Below are positions 13,301 through 28,345 of a stretch of DNA of 55,677 nt, piece by piece. The stretch is from assembly GCA_001938485.1 (NCBI GenBank), contig MQRK01223189.1:1-55677 (forward strand), read 5' to 3'. The position numbers and the translations under genes are program-made. Origin of the DNA: Girardia tigrina (lineage: Eukaryota). The notes beneath the pieces are model-generated. The model did no database searches, was not told where the DNA came from, and saw nothing but the letters and a program-made list of their open reading frames with translations. How positions within the stretch are numbered: position 1 is the stretch's first letter; each line of letters begins with the position of its first letter.

Positions 13301-16300
13301 ATGGACCATTTTAAGAAAATGTATGTATCTTCAATTATATTGATTAATATTGTTTTTCTCAAGTTTATGAACAACACACAGGCATTCCATAAGTACAAAT
13401 TAATACAACACAAAAGACTACTCAGTCAAACGCTTGTTCTTTCTTCGCAACATTTCAAAAAATTCTTCTTCAGTGATCTCATGCGTAATTTCCTTCTCAA
13501 TTGATATCAGTACTATATTACTCAGATGGATAACAACCATTAAGTATGTAATACAAAAAGAAAGTCAGATATATACCATATATCTAAAGATGATTTATGC
13601 CCCCTCTGAATTTCAGCTGCCCCCCTCATGGACATGAGGTTAGCTACAGGCCTGAAAAAAAACAAAATCGATTTACTCAGTATATCCCATTCGTTCAAGA
13701 ATATACATCTTAATACACATCTTGTGTATGTTAAACTCTAAACTGGATTAAAATACGAATAATAGTTAAATTTCCAAAATTCTAGCTGATTGTTAATTCG
13801 CTCTTAATTTTATTTCGGTTTGACTTTACTTTTGAAACAATTATATAAATTAGAGATCATTTGGACTTTTACCTAAAGATATACATAAATATTTGAAATA
13901 TTAAAAAAAACGAACGAAAATATTCCCAACATAATGTATGTAATAATAAAATTAATAAACAAATTAATTTTTTAAATGATTTAAAAATTTTCGTTTTATT
14001 AAAATTAATTTGCTGTTTTTAGTTATTATTGCAAAATCATTTGCGTTTTTGAGAGATTCCAATCTTAAATATGATACATAAATATTTATATTTCGCATCC
14101 CACAAGTGTGGATAGATAGATTTTCATCCAAGCACTATTAAAAATAATATTCGCCGCTGTATTCATTAATTAAAGTTGCAGTCATAATTTGGGGTAAAAT
14201 TCACAAATTATATTTTAAGAAAACATTACAAATGTACAAGAACTGGGGCAAAGTATCATATATGAGGAAAATTTATTATTATTTTATATTTATTAGTTAA
14301 AATCTATGTAAATTAAAGTCTTTCAAGTGATCATAGGTGTTATAAAATGCAACACTTAAATGTAAAGGATTTTGACTAAATACATCTGAAATAAGAAAAA
14401 TACATCGAAGAAGCTCAAAAAAACATGTAAAACCGCACTTATAAAGATAGTTTTTCGACAAAATGTTTTCCATTTCTCAACATTCTCTCCTGTGATCTAA
14501 ATATATTTCGTCTAATGTTTCTCAAATTTTTTTATTTCTTCCAAATATTAAGATTGGCATGAGCAAAAGATAAGGTTTGTTTGAGCAATGTCTTTATCGT
14601 TGGAATCAAATCTCTTTCCACCTAACCATTTCTTCAGGTGTGGAAATAGAAAATAGTCACCGGAGAATATGGATGATGACGGAGAATTTTGTAGTGAATT
14701 CATATAATTTCGTGTGCGCCCGTGCATTGTCTTGATGAAATACGATTTTCTTCACAATGTCATTAAACCGATCTAATAAGTTTTCACAATATTTTCCGTT
14801 GATTGTTTTTCCCTTTCGAAGCTAAGTACGGTGGATTATTCCATGTGCATCCCAAAAATTGTTGGTATGACTTCTTTTACCGATAAAACTGCCTTGGGCT
14901 TCCTTTGGAGGCGGTTCGCCGCGAGAAGTTGGTCTCTGATGTATTGTAGTGTATCCTTGTGTTGTCTAAGGTAAAAAACCAGTGCGAAATTTCGTTTGGA
15001 TTGTGATTGAACATCGCCAAAATACCTTCGCATTTTTCACACAATTTTGTTTATTGTCAATTGTGAGCAGGTGCGGTACGCATTTTGTACAAAGCTTTCT
15101 CATACTGTAATAATCACTCAAAATCGAAATCCCTGAACCATGTAATATGCTTGTTGTTTCTACAATCTTTTAATCTCTGATCGCCCAACACTTTATTGTG
15201 GATTTTTGCAATAGTGAACCAAATTAGGCGTCAAGAACGTTCAGCGTCACTTGCATTTGTGCGAACATAAAGAGTTTATTCTTGGTTTAAGTGATGGTTT
15301 TTTCCTCAAAACATAAATGTTTTATACAAAATTTATTATTTTCCATTTTCACGAAAATTCACGCAGTTGTCTGCTTTAAATGACATTCAAACAAATTCAA
15401 TGGAACAGCTAGCTAAAAATATCAGTTTTCTTTTGACAGAAGGTTGTTGATGTGAATGGCATTGCTGTTCTTGCTACAAATCTGGAAGTTCATAAAGTCA
15501 CGGACTTATTGACCATCCATCATATACAATTAATATATATCACCAATGATAATGACAATCATGAAGTGTTGAAAAAGCAAATATTAAACAGCAAAGCGTC
15601 ATTTGAACTCATAAATCAAATATTATAAGTAACAGAAATAAAGACATTTGCCATAATATAATTATTTTATTTATTTTTCGTAGAAAATCTCGATAATTTG
15701 TTTCTCAAATTGACTCCGCGATTTAGAGAAATACTTATGAATCTCTGATAAAGTATTATCATTATGAAATAAGTCATAAATCAATTATCTACTAAAAGAT
15801 AATGAAAATAATAATTAATCAAAAATAATATCACGATACACTTAAGATAAAAGTATTAAAAAAACTTACTTTAGCCCGTGCATCGACAAGCGAACCATTA
15901 TTCAACAGGATTTTTATCATTTCTTCTTGATTCGCTCTGGTAGCAAGATGGAGTGATGTTTCACATCTGATGGTCTGTAAATTCGGATTGGCACCATTTT
16001 GAATGAGAACCAAAGCTATATTTGTGTGACCCATAAAAGAGGCAACATGAAGTGGTGAAAGTCCGGACTTTATTGATTCAAACGAATTAATATTTTTTAA
16101 AAATTATATAACGTACTTCAGTTGTAGCTTCAATAGATGCACCACTTTTCAAAAGAAGTTCCACAACTTTGATTCGGTTTTTCTTACATGCAATATGGAG
16201 AGGAGTAAAGCCATTCTTCAGATAATAAATATTAAAAATATTCATATACTAATTCAAATCATACGAGTGCTCTTGCATTGATCTCACAGGCGCGATCAAT

Positions 16301-19300
16301 TAACAATTTGGCCATTCTTACGTGGCCGCAGTGGGCAGCAACGTGAAGCGGGGTAAGATAATCCTAAATGAAAAAATAATTAATTTAATCTAAAAGATTG
16401 CAAAATATTAATTTATAAATCATTTTCAAAAACGATGTTTTCTTCAACGTATCAAGTATTTATTGAAGAGTTTTTGAATTTTTACTTGCTCGACCTTGTT
16501 ATCATTAGAGAGTTCATATGAAACACATCCAGTCAATTTTAATATTTTTTCCTAGTTTTTTGAGTGGCCTAACAATGGTTCATTATTGAATTACTCGGCC
16601 AATATTACTATCACCAAATTTTTCTAATCGTCAACCACATGTAAAAAAGTTTAATCATCGAAATCAGACTGATGAGATCTTTCTTCCTCATCTAGTACAC
16701 TCGAGTTGGTGTATTTGAAATTTCGAAAACCCTCTTGTAATGTGTCTTTCCACTATTCATCCTTCGACGCGAAATGCTTTAGTAACTGTGTGGCCTTTCT
16801 TATGGTTATCAAAGCGCACTATTATTTAATGAACTAAGAAATATAATATAATAATGAATATTACAATTAATTTTGTTTGGTAATTCATTTGAATTCAATA
16901 AAATTTTTTTCAAATTCGATGGGTTAGAGATATTGGTTAAGGTAAGAGTTTATGTTAGCAAAACTTAATCCCGATCAAAATTAATTTCAAAGCAAAAAAT
17001 CTTAGGTTACAATATTCTTTTATATTATTTTATATTTCATGTTCAACGATTTGAGTTGTCAGTATCGTCTATTATATATATATTTAGTATTTATTTATAT
17101 TTATTAAATATTTATATTTCACTGAGCATTGAAGAGTTATCAGATTTAATTGTTTAAAGGATTTATTTCTTCAAAAGGTGAATCTTTAATTTTGCGTCAT
17201 GAAAGGGGGTTTTCTAAATTTCAAGATATATAATTAGACCAAACTTTATGAAGAACAGACAAAGTAACTATCTTTGAACAAAAACATCTTTGGAAGATGA
17301 TTTTAATTTAAATTAATATACATTGAAAAATAAAATTCCCAAGGATGAAGAACTTTCGGATAATTCCTTTTTGTTAAAGAATTTGATTAGTCGAGTATTA
17401 AAAAGAGCATATTTGTGATAAGTTTAAAATATTATTTGTCCAAAGGCTATTGGGAAAAAATAGAAAGAAAAATATTGAAAAATAGACAGAAAGATTTATA
17501 AACTAGTCTTGGATATAGACCATCAGGTTCAAGGACCTAATTTCAATACCTAAACTCTCATCCTCTATTTATTCTGGTTTTCGATAATTTCATAACGATT
17601 TTGGAAAACAAATTATTTCAACTATCAGCTATAAAATCCAATCACATTTCCCAGCAACAAACCATATAGTACCCGATAAAGTTATCTTATTTTCTCAAGA
17701 ATCCCATAAATAACAATAATCATTCTCCTGATATATGCAGTCTCCTCTCAATGTCAATTAGTACTTTACTTTATTGCAAAGTTTACACGTTATATGTTTG
17801 GGTATGTCTTTGTTAACAGTTCTATTCGTTTATATTTATCTTAACAATTATTAATCATTTAGTTACTACAGTTGGTTTCCATTTCTCGGGACAAAATTTT
17901 ATAATTTTGTTCTGTTTATTTACTTGTACCGTGAAATAATTTTTTAATATAACGATGTATTAAATTCAGCTTTAAAAATATAATATTTTAAATTTATATT
18001 TTTGATCAAATACACAAAATATTTTTAAAAATTATAAATTGAAAATATACCAAAAGTTAATTATTTATTTACATTAAAAATTAATTTTTGATTTTTCAGG
18101 AGTTTACTGATGATAAATAAATTAAATAAGTTAAATAATAAGTTAGCATGAAGTCTTTTGTATTATACTTAATAGTAAAAATAATTCAATTATGATTAAA
18201 TTTTTGAATAAATCAGCGTGATGATAAGATTAAAATAAAGACAAACTATTTTTACAATATATATATATATATATATATATTAGGGTTATGCATAAGTTCT
18301 CGACGTTTTTATTAGATATTCATAAACGAGTTACAATATAATGATTATTATTTTGAATATATAACCTTTTGCCATTTTCTGGCAAAAGATGAATACCCCT
18401 AGTATAAAACCCTTAATCCTTGGAATCGAGGAACTCGTCTATGCAATTTCTGACCTCATCACTATATTTGAAGTGTCTGCCAGCCAGGGTATGTTGTAAT
18501 GATCGGAAAAGGTATTAATCCGATGGTGCAACGTCTGGTGAGTAAGCTGCGTGAGGCAGAACTTACCAGCCCAACTACAATATTGCTTCTTTCGTTGCTG
18601 AAGCAACATGAGGTCTTGCATTATCGCGGAGCAGTATGATCTGCTTACTACCCTGGCAGGTTAATGGTCTTTTTGCCTCGATTTCTTGTGCAAAGCATAA
18701 TAGTTAAATACTATATCGTTGTGTAGTGACTGTTTGACAAGGTTTCAATAGTTCATAATAGAGAGGTCCCAAAGAATCCCACCAGATGCATAAAAAGACT
18801 TTATGTCATGAATATTGCGTTTCGGTGTTGATGTTGTTGTCTGACCTGGATCTACCCATGATTCTTTGTGCTCTGGATTGTCGAAGTAAATCTACTTCTC
18901 ATCTCCGGTCACGATTCTTCATAGGAATGATTTATTTTTGTGGAGGGCAAGGAGCGATATGCATGTTGTTAAGCGCTGGTTTGTGTTGCGCTCGGATAAT
19001 TGATGTAGAACCAATTTTCCGACCTTCTGGATGTTTCCCACAGCTTTCAAACTTCTTACCACTGTTGATTGATTGTATCCAAGCTTCTTGGCAAGAATTG
19101 TGGTCGATTGGGTGGCATCTTCATTAAGGAGTGTCTGCAGGTCTTCATCGGTGTTTTCTTTTGGGCGACCACTTCTTGCTTTATCCTGGATATCTTTCTC
19201 ACCATTTCTGAACTTTATAAACCATTTGCGACACATAATGCACCAATAATTCCTTCGCCATAAGCTTGGTCAATCCATTGTTTTGCTTCGGCAGGGGATT

Positions 19301-22300
19301 TATCTAAATGAAACATGAATAANNNNNNNNNNNNNNNNNNNNNNNNNNNNNNNNNNNNNNNNNNNNNNNNNNNNNNNNNNNNNNNNNNNNNNNNNNNNNN
19401 NNNNNNNNNNNNNNNNNNNNNNNNNNNNNNNNNNNNNNNNNNNNNNNNNNNNNNNNNNNNNNNNNNNNNNNNNNNNNNNNNNNNNNNNNNNNNNNNNNNN
19501 NNNNNNNNNNNNNNNNNNNNNNNNNNNNNNNNNNNNNNNNNNNNNNNNNNNNNNNNNNNNNNNNNNNNNNNNNNNNNNNNNNNNNNNNNNNNNNNNNNNN
19601 NNNNNNNNNNNNNNNNNNNNNNNNNNNNNNNNNNNNNNNNNNNNNNNNNNNNNNNNNNNNNNNNNNNNNNNNNNNNNNNNNNNNNNNNNNNNNNNNNNNN
19701 NNNNNNNNNNNNNNNNNNNNNNNNNNNNNNNNNNNNNNNNNNNNNNNNNNNNNNNNNNNNNNNNNNNNNNNNNNNNNNNNNNNNNNNNNNNNNNNNNNNN
19801 NNNNNNNNNNNNNNNNNNNNNNNNNNNNNNNNNNNNNNNNNNNNNNNNNNNNNNNNNNNNNNNNNNNNNNNNNNNNNNNNNNNNNNNNNNNNNNNNNNNN
19901 NNNNNNNNNNNNNNNNNNNNNNNNNNNNNNNNNNNNNNNNNNNNNNNNNNNNNNNNNNNNNNNNNNNNNNNNNNNNNNNNNNNNNNNNNNNNNNNNNNNN
20001 NNNNNNNNNNNNNNNNNNNNNNNNNNNNNNATATATAAATTTTTATTTATAGTTTTCCCGTTTATTTTATATAAAATATATCTTATTTAATATTATAAAT
20101 TTTGGCTTTCGAAAAATTTTCTCATTTATTTTCGTTGTCCCGTCCCGTTTATTTGTTGAATGGAAATTTGTCCCGAGAAATGGGAACCTACTGTAGTCAT
20201 TTCTTAGCACGTTCGCGAAAGGCTGCTGCATATGCAGTGCATTAATTATGTATTTTTGGTGCAACATAGTAAGATGTATCAAAATTTTATTGTCCATTTT
20301 TATCGAACAAGCCTGGAAATCGCATTTATGGAAAGTGCTCATATCAGTATCGTAGCTAAATTCAGGCCGTCCGCGAACTTGTTAATATACTGTTATATTT
20401 TATTAGGTTATTCTATTTTGTTTATTTTTCTAGTCACAAGAAGATTTGTCTATCGCAAAAGTTCAATTAGTAAATCTCCTTCAACTGATTTAAGAAGGAA
20501 AATTATTTCAGTGTTATAAACTCATTTAAATAAAAAGCATTTATATTGTTTGGATCATAAACACGATCACATTTGTTTAATTCTTAATATTCCTCCCAGA
20601 AATCACATTACTTGGTTATTTTCATTTAATATATGTATGACATTTTATAATGGCACTTAAGAAAATTATATTTCCCAGCTAGTCTTCTCTAGAGTTGTAT
20701 TATATTGTTAATTTAATTCTAACTTTTGTTTCTCTCCCCAAAAAATTACTATTTGCCAAACATCGCATGCATATACACGTTGCGCAATCCGATTCCGGGG
20801 CTGAGAGAGTGTTAAAAATGAAACGAAACGATTTTTTAAATCTCTGTTTCCCTTAATCAAAGTCAATAGATTGATTCAAATTCATTCTCAGGCTCTTTTT
20901 TCTGTATTGCCTCTAAGGTCCGCTTGGCACTTTTTGAATGGCCTTAATATTGTACATGGAAGACACATATCGCCGTTTCCGTACTCATATTAGTGAGCTC
21001 ACAGCTGAGTCGAAAAAGAGAGTCTATGAACGTGTAATGTTGTGTTAGATTAAAGAGTAAACAGGTTTGAAAAATGAATTCCAAACACTTATTTCGAATT
21101 TTGATACGCATTATGAATGATAATTTTGCGATAATAATGATAATTTTTTGATAATTCTGAGAAATAATGATTTCTCAGACATCATAATCCTTCCAAAGAA
21201 AAACATAGAAGCTATTAAAATGTTTTAATGTTGTGTCCAATAACCATATTTAATTTTTTTATATTTTTATGAAAATATTTCAATTTACTTTGTATTTTCA
21301 TAAGGTTTTAACCCTTAGTAGCCTGATTTACGCCTGATTCACTTTGCCGCGCAAGTAATGTCATAGATAAAATAAAACAATAATGACATTTGATTTTTTT
21401 TATTTCGTTGGAAAGAATATTATACGTACAGCCAACCTATAAAAAAACTAATAGTAATGTGAACATTCGGTTTAAAAGATTGGTATCAAAATTGAAACTC
21501 TAGGTTATTAAGGGTTAAATTTAAAATTTCAATCGACGAGTATTCATTTCATTGATTAAAATAAAACTCTTAACATAAAAAAAACATAAAAAAAATTAGT
21601 TTTGATTTTCAGCAGATTCAGTTTTTGATTTGAAGTAGATATACTAAATTATTTTTCTATGTTTAGAGTTTAATTTGAATCTTTCTCAATGAAATTATTG
21701 CTCAACGATCAGTATTTTTCGTTTATATCCTGTAGTTTTAGAAACGTTTTAGTGTTGTAAGTTTTTGTATTTTTGTACACATAAATCAACTATGGTTGCG
21801 GGGACGTTTTTACTTTTTGATGTGTAAATTTCATTTTTTGAGCACCTCTCTTCTAAATTAAACCTGACAACTATTTTTTGGTGCGTTAAACCAAGATATT
21901 TATTAAATAATTGTGAATAAATTGAAATAAAATTGGCAAGTTATCAAATAAAAAATTCTTAAGCCAATTAAAGTTTATTAATTTCGACGGTTTAACCGTC
22001 ATCGTCAGAACAAATGATTTTTCAAACGAAATTTACTTATAAAGTGCAGTTAATGATTATGTAATCAATACGTCATCAGTATATTATTTAAAAACTCCCA
22101 ACAAAGTTGTAGAGAATGCAGTTTGAACGTTAATTTTAGGATCCAGAGATCTTATATGCTTCACATGTCACTCTCTCCCATTAATTTTTTAAATTGAGTG
22201 CACAGAATTTTGAAGTGTTGTGAATTTATATCTCCTTTATAATGTCTTCTATGTCATGCAATGTTACAATGTTAAGGTGGAAGTAACATTGCAGGACATC

Positions 22301-25300
22301 GAAGACATTGTAAAGGAGATATAAATTCACAACACTTTTAAATTCTGTGCACTCAATTTAAAAATTATTGGGAGAGAGTGACATGTGAAGTGTTGTATAT
22401 AAGATCTTTTATCATCAGGTAAAAAAATTCAATACTAAGTCAATACTAAATTCAATAAAAATTCCTAATTTAACGCTTGAATTAAGTATTTAATTTAATG
22501 TGATTGGAAGGGTTTTTACCTGATCCAAATTTTGACAATGGAGCACTACACACCGAAAGAACGAGCAGAAATTGTGAAATTTTATTTCAAAAACCACTCT
22601 TCAGTTGTTCTAACGCAGCACGCGTATAAAAGTAAATACCGCAGTCAAAATGTACCAACAATGAAGACAATTCGACATTTAGTGGCGAAATTTGGTGACG
22701 TGGATCAGTGGCAACATCAGAGCCTAAAGTTAAGAAGCGTCCAGGCCGAAGTAATGAAGTGCTTGAGGCCGTAAGTACCGATGTTGCCCAAAGTCTGAAT
22801 GTGTCGTATCGGCGCCATGCTTAAAAGTTTAGCATGTATCCATCGACTATGTGGAAAATTCTGAAGGTAGATTCGCATGTTTTTCCATACAAAATGCAAT
22901 TGACTAAACGATTGTTGCCCGCTGACAGGCCTCGTCACGCCCAATACGGTTGAAACATGCAGAACATCGTAACTGGCGAACCTGACTTTTGGAGACGTGT
23001 AATTATGTCGGACCAAACCCATTTCACGCTATGTTGAAGTGTTAATACACATAATGTCCGTTACTGGGCCACTGAAAATCTACAATTAATATTCCAAAAT
23101 GCCATTACATTCACCAAAAGTTACAGTCTGATGCGGTTTTTGCTCCGACAGGATCATTGAACCATACTTCTTTGTTTTCGGCAACGGTGAGCGATATCGC
23201 GTTATGCTCTGCGAATTTTTGACTCCTGAACTGGAAGAAAATTGCATGGATGACTATCGGTACCCGCAGGATGGTGTGAAGCGCCACACATCAGGTGAAA
23301 AATATAATTTCTTGAAGGAAATGTTTCCTCAAAGATTGATTTTCGAATAATTGATTTTGACTGGTCTATGCGCACTAAAGATTTGAATGCTCCTGACTTT
23401 TTTCTGTGGGTTTACTTGAAAGGAAAGGTTGATATCAATCAACCTCAATCTTTCGAAAAACTTAAGACCAACATTCGCAATGAAATAGCTGGAATTGGGC
23501 CCGAAACACTCCAAAAAAGATGGAAAACGCCGAAAAACGGGCTGATTTGAGCGCAGTGGCCGAAGGTGACTATTTGCCAGATATTGTTTTCAAAAAGTGA
23601 CCCAACAAATTGTAAAAGTCCATATTTTGATGAAATAAACAAACAAACATGAAATTATTTCATTTTTTATAAGAAAGCGCCCTGTAGAATACTTTATTTT
23701 TTATGGAAAATATTCATTTTTCAGATCAACCTTTATTTTTTTGTTTAAAGCGTAAAAAAAGATTAAAGTAAAGAATTCCTTTTATCGATATTTTAAAGTT
23801 TTTGTTTTGTAAAGTTTATTAGTTTATTTAAAATAAAATATTTTTATATTAAAAATTAAATTTTGTGTAGTAATTTGTAAAAAAAGTTTAAGTTAATTTT
23901 TGTTTTAATTTATGAAAAAGTTTTTGTTTAATTTTTTTAATTAGGAATTTTCTTTAATAATTATTTTATAAATTTAAGTTCTTGATTGACATTATTTTTT
24001 TATTAACCACCAACCAAAATTCAGTACATTTATGTATTTTAATAGACTTTCACTTTAAAGTTTTGTGAAAGATTTTTATTCTTTCAGTAGACAGACGTCC
24101 AGATGATGATCTGTTGAGAACGAAACATGAGAATTTTATTCGATTAGTAAACGATTTGCAAAATATTTTATTTTATCAATTTTCGACTTTGTAATTTGCA
24201 AAATATTTCATTACAAAATCAAATTCTGTAGCAAAAGCAACCAGATGTCCAATATTTCCCAGAAGTTACTTTTAATCATTTACATTTAGACGGTGTATTT
24301 TAAATATTCATAATTTATTGAAAGAAACTGATCGAAATTTAAATTTTACTATGTATTTTTTAAAAAATTTAATAAGTTGATTTACTAAAATACTTTGCAC
24401 GAAAATAATGCCTCTTTTTATGATCTATTTTATCAGTGGTTAAAGTTTTATGGTTGTGAGAAATATTTGGAATGTTTGATGTTTTGTGTTTGAATGTGTA
24501 TGTTGATTTGGAAATGTGTCTCTCCTACCCAGATGGATGATTAATATTGGAATTCTTATAATCTAAAAATATGTAATGTTTAAATTTATTTTTAATTTCA
24601 AATAATTGTAAAATTTTAAATAAGTTTTAATAAGTTTTTAATTTTAATAATTTTTAATAAATAAATCAAATTAATATTTTTTAAATAATTAATAATCATT
24701 TTAATTATTATCCAATAAGTTTTGAGTAAATATTTTAACAAATTATTTATGTCTCCGTTTGCTAAAAATAATAAGAATTAATTCATTAATCAATTTAGTT
24801 TAGAATGCAATCGTACGAAATCTTCGACAAAGATTGTCTTAAGGACAATCAAAATTGTTGTGTAAATAAAAATATGAAAAGTCAAATTGTTCTTAATAAG
24901 GGTATCTTTTTTTCTGGTTTTATTCTTCAGGCAATTCTGCATATTGCGTACGCTGTCTTTCCGAGTTAAGGAAACAGGCAAAGAATATGAGATATTCTGT
25001 ATTAGGAATTGTTTTCATACCAGAACCCTTTATGGATGTACACCATCTATCGATGATTTTAAACGAAGAAAACATTGAAACAAGATTTTATATCTGAATT
25101 AAAAGATGAATTGATACATAACTTCAAAATATATAAACTAAGCAAAAAACAAATGTTGAAAATTATTATTCTTGTAATTATTATTGTTCGTACTACAAAT
25201 TGCAGTTGTAAAAATAACATTTAAATATTTATCTTAGGTTTTTAACTAATATTCTGACATATTTTCATCTTCACAAATTTTAATGTTATACAAGAAAAAA

Positions 25301-28298
25301 TATATTTCATTTGAAAAATATGGTTCATCAACAAATTATTTCAACATATGACAATTCAAAGTCCTTACCAATGTTGTGTCATTCAAATTAGACCCATAAT
25401 GGATTAATAACTGGCCGCACTCCACATGGTCTCCTTGAGATGCCATATGGAGAGAGGTAAGACCATTCTAATTCCAGAAATAATTAAAGAATATTAATGA
25501 TATAACTACTCTTGTTTTGGCTGCATGGTTTGAACCAGATTTCAGAAGAAAGGAAGTGATATTGTCATAGCCGGACCGCACTGCACAATGAAGAGGTGTC
25601 AGGCCATCTCTGGTTTTACATTCCAACTGGGCGCCTTTTTCAACGAGACGCTCTGTAACTGCTAAATTACCCCATTTGGTCGACACATGAAGTGGAGTAA
25701 TATTATTCTTAAATTAAAAAAAACATTAATAAGTATGAAATGGTAATTGTAGTATATTAGTAGTACAAAATAAGTACAAATTTGTATCCAGTTACACACA
25801 AATATTTCTATCATGTCCATGGATTTAGATCAGTATTCAAGCAATAATATATTAACAATTGTCGAATGGATTCAAGAAATTTACTTTCAATTCAAAAATA
25901 TTATTCACATTTTTATAGAAAAAAGAAAAATTTAGTTTGAGGATGTGAGAAGTGGTGCGCAACATCAATATCTGAATTCATTTTTTTAACACCAAAATTT
26001 ATTAATATAACAACAATTCACATATTGAAACAAATTTTTCTGTTAATTCAATTATCTCGCCACAAATTAATCTGTTAACTTCTTTTCAATTCAATTTTTA
26101 AAATCTTGCAAATTTATTAAATACATTTCACATTAAAACTAAAAATTTATTTAAAATTGTTTCATAACTTATATTAAAATATATAAATTTTTATGACTGT
26201 AAAAATATTTTTATTTATAAATAAATATTTAATATTTAATGGTTTTCTTATCATTTTTAATTTTAAGATATTTATTAGATACATTAAAAAAATATTTTTT
26301 ATTTTTAAATAGATATTTAATTTTCTTGTGATTTTCTTTTATTATATCATTTTTAATTTTTTAAAATATTTAAAAAACACATTAAAACATATTTTATTTT
26401 AAAATACGTATTTGATTTTTTAATATCATTTTATTATATCATTTTTAATTTTAAAATATTTAATAAGCATATTAACATTAAAATATTTGCCTTTTAAATT
26501 AAAAAAATAATAAATTATTCTGGCGAGATGAAAATTTAAATTAACCCCTCATAGAGGAGATCTCAATGTACCGGTGTAATGACCTCTACCTACCAATTCC
26601 CCATGAAGGTCACTCCAGCTGAGTCTGAGAGGAGTCTTCCATTCGTTGCATGGATGTATCATTTGTTGAATGGATTGGACATTTAAAAAAATTGATTAAA
26701 AATAAAGTTCTCATAGGAATACTTGCTGAAATGAATGTCGAATCAAATAATATTTCTCCTAGTTTAAACATAAAAAAACACCAGAAACAATTGATACATT
26801 CAAATTACAATTAGAAATGTCTGGAATTTATTTATTTTGATTTATTTTGTACTGAAAAATTTCAACATTTTTTATAAAATTTTTATTAGTAAATTTTCAT
26901 TATTTTTATGCTGGAATGTATATTTCGTTTAAGTTTGAGACCTTAACAAACTAATAAATTTAAATTTAAATAATAAAATAGATAGGTATTCTTTGACTAT
27001 TGTTCTTATTCTTTTACATTAAGAAGTTTATATGAGGTTTTATCGGGGTCTTGATCATATCAAAGAAAATGAATTATTATAAATAATCACAAAATTTTAC
27101 TAATTTGTTATATTTTTTAAATAGGATTTGTATCTTATATTTATAAATGATTTATTATTTGAAAGAATACGATATTGTTTTGATAGTCTGAATTTTCCTA
27201 TTGTAAGTATTGATAATGTACGACTCAGTTTAATTAAATTTATAAAAAAAATCTTGGAACAGGAATAAATAAATAACTTTTTGCATGAATTTAGATATAT
27301 AAATTTAGGTATATTAAGTGATTCTATAGAAAAAAATAAATAAAATTAGATTTCGATTTCCTTTCAAACCATTTCTATTCAATCTATTTTTGAAATAAAA
27401 CTACATTCTTGCTTGAATAATTGAAGAAGAAGCCGTCAAAACGGAAGTAAAATTTGTACAGGAGAAGTACATAAATTGTTCTGTAGTTAATAAAACATTT
27501 TAATGATTTTCTGATTCGTAAATAAAAGCGAAGACTTAATAAGTCTTTGTAAATTAATTAAAAAAATATTGTATTGATGGAAATTTTGATCAAAATTGCT
27601 TTACGTAAGGACGGAAAACGTTCATTAGAGTTCTACTAACATTGAATGACAATGACTAAATATGAAGTCGTTTTGAAAAAAAATTATATTATTAAAAATT
27701 ATTAAATAAATCAGTTAATAAACCTTTGCTTGAAAATTAACATCTCCTCCTCGTTCTATTAGCAAATTCGCAATATTAACATTTCCATAATGTGCAGCAA
27801 TATGTAAAGGTGTAAATCCACTCTACAGAAGAAGAATTCATTCAATTTATTCAACTCAACTCATTTACAGCAGACTGGTGGTCCACATCAGCATCATTGG
27901 TCAAAAGTAAATTAGCAGCTTTTACATCATCTTTCTTTGCTGCAATATGCAAGGCCGGCAAACGTATTCGACCTCTGGAATCGTTTTCTAAAAGTATTGC
28001 CACAACCTTTTCGTGACCTTGTTGAAGAGCTACCGCAAGAGGTGTAAAACCATCCTGTTAATTAGTTCTAATCTCATGATACTGAGAAATTGTAAATTAT
28101 TTACATCTGTCGCGAGAGTTTGACTGGCTGAATTTAGTAACAGTAGTTTCACGACTTCAACGTGATTTTCTTGTGCAGCCATATACAAAGGCGTAAATCC
28201 ATTCTAAATAAATTATGAACTAAATTTTTATCTTATAAACTATTGGAAAAAAATTGTAAATAATTCTTAATTTGATAATTTTTTAGCACGCCATATTT

Positions 28299-28345
<47 letters not shown>

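Noticed and set aside
19315-20052. 245-aa and 79-aa (32279..32518) ORFs containing X runs
   Set aside because: Artefacts of N gaps.
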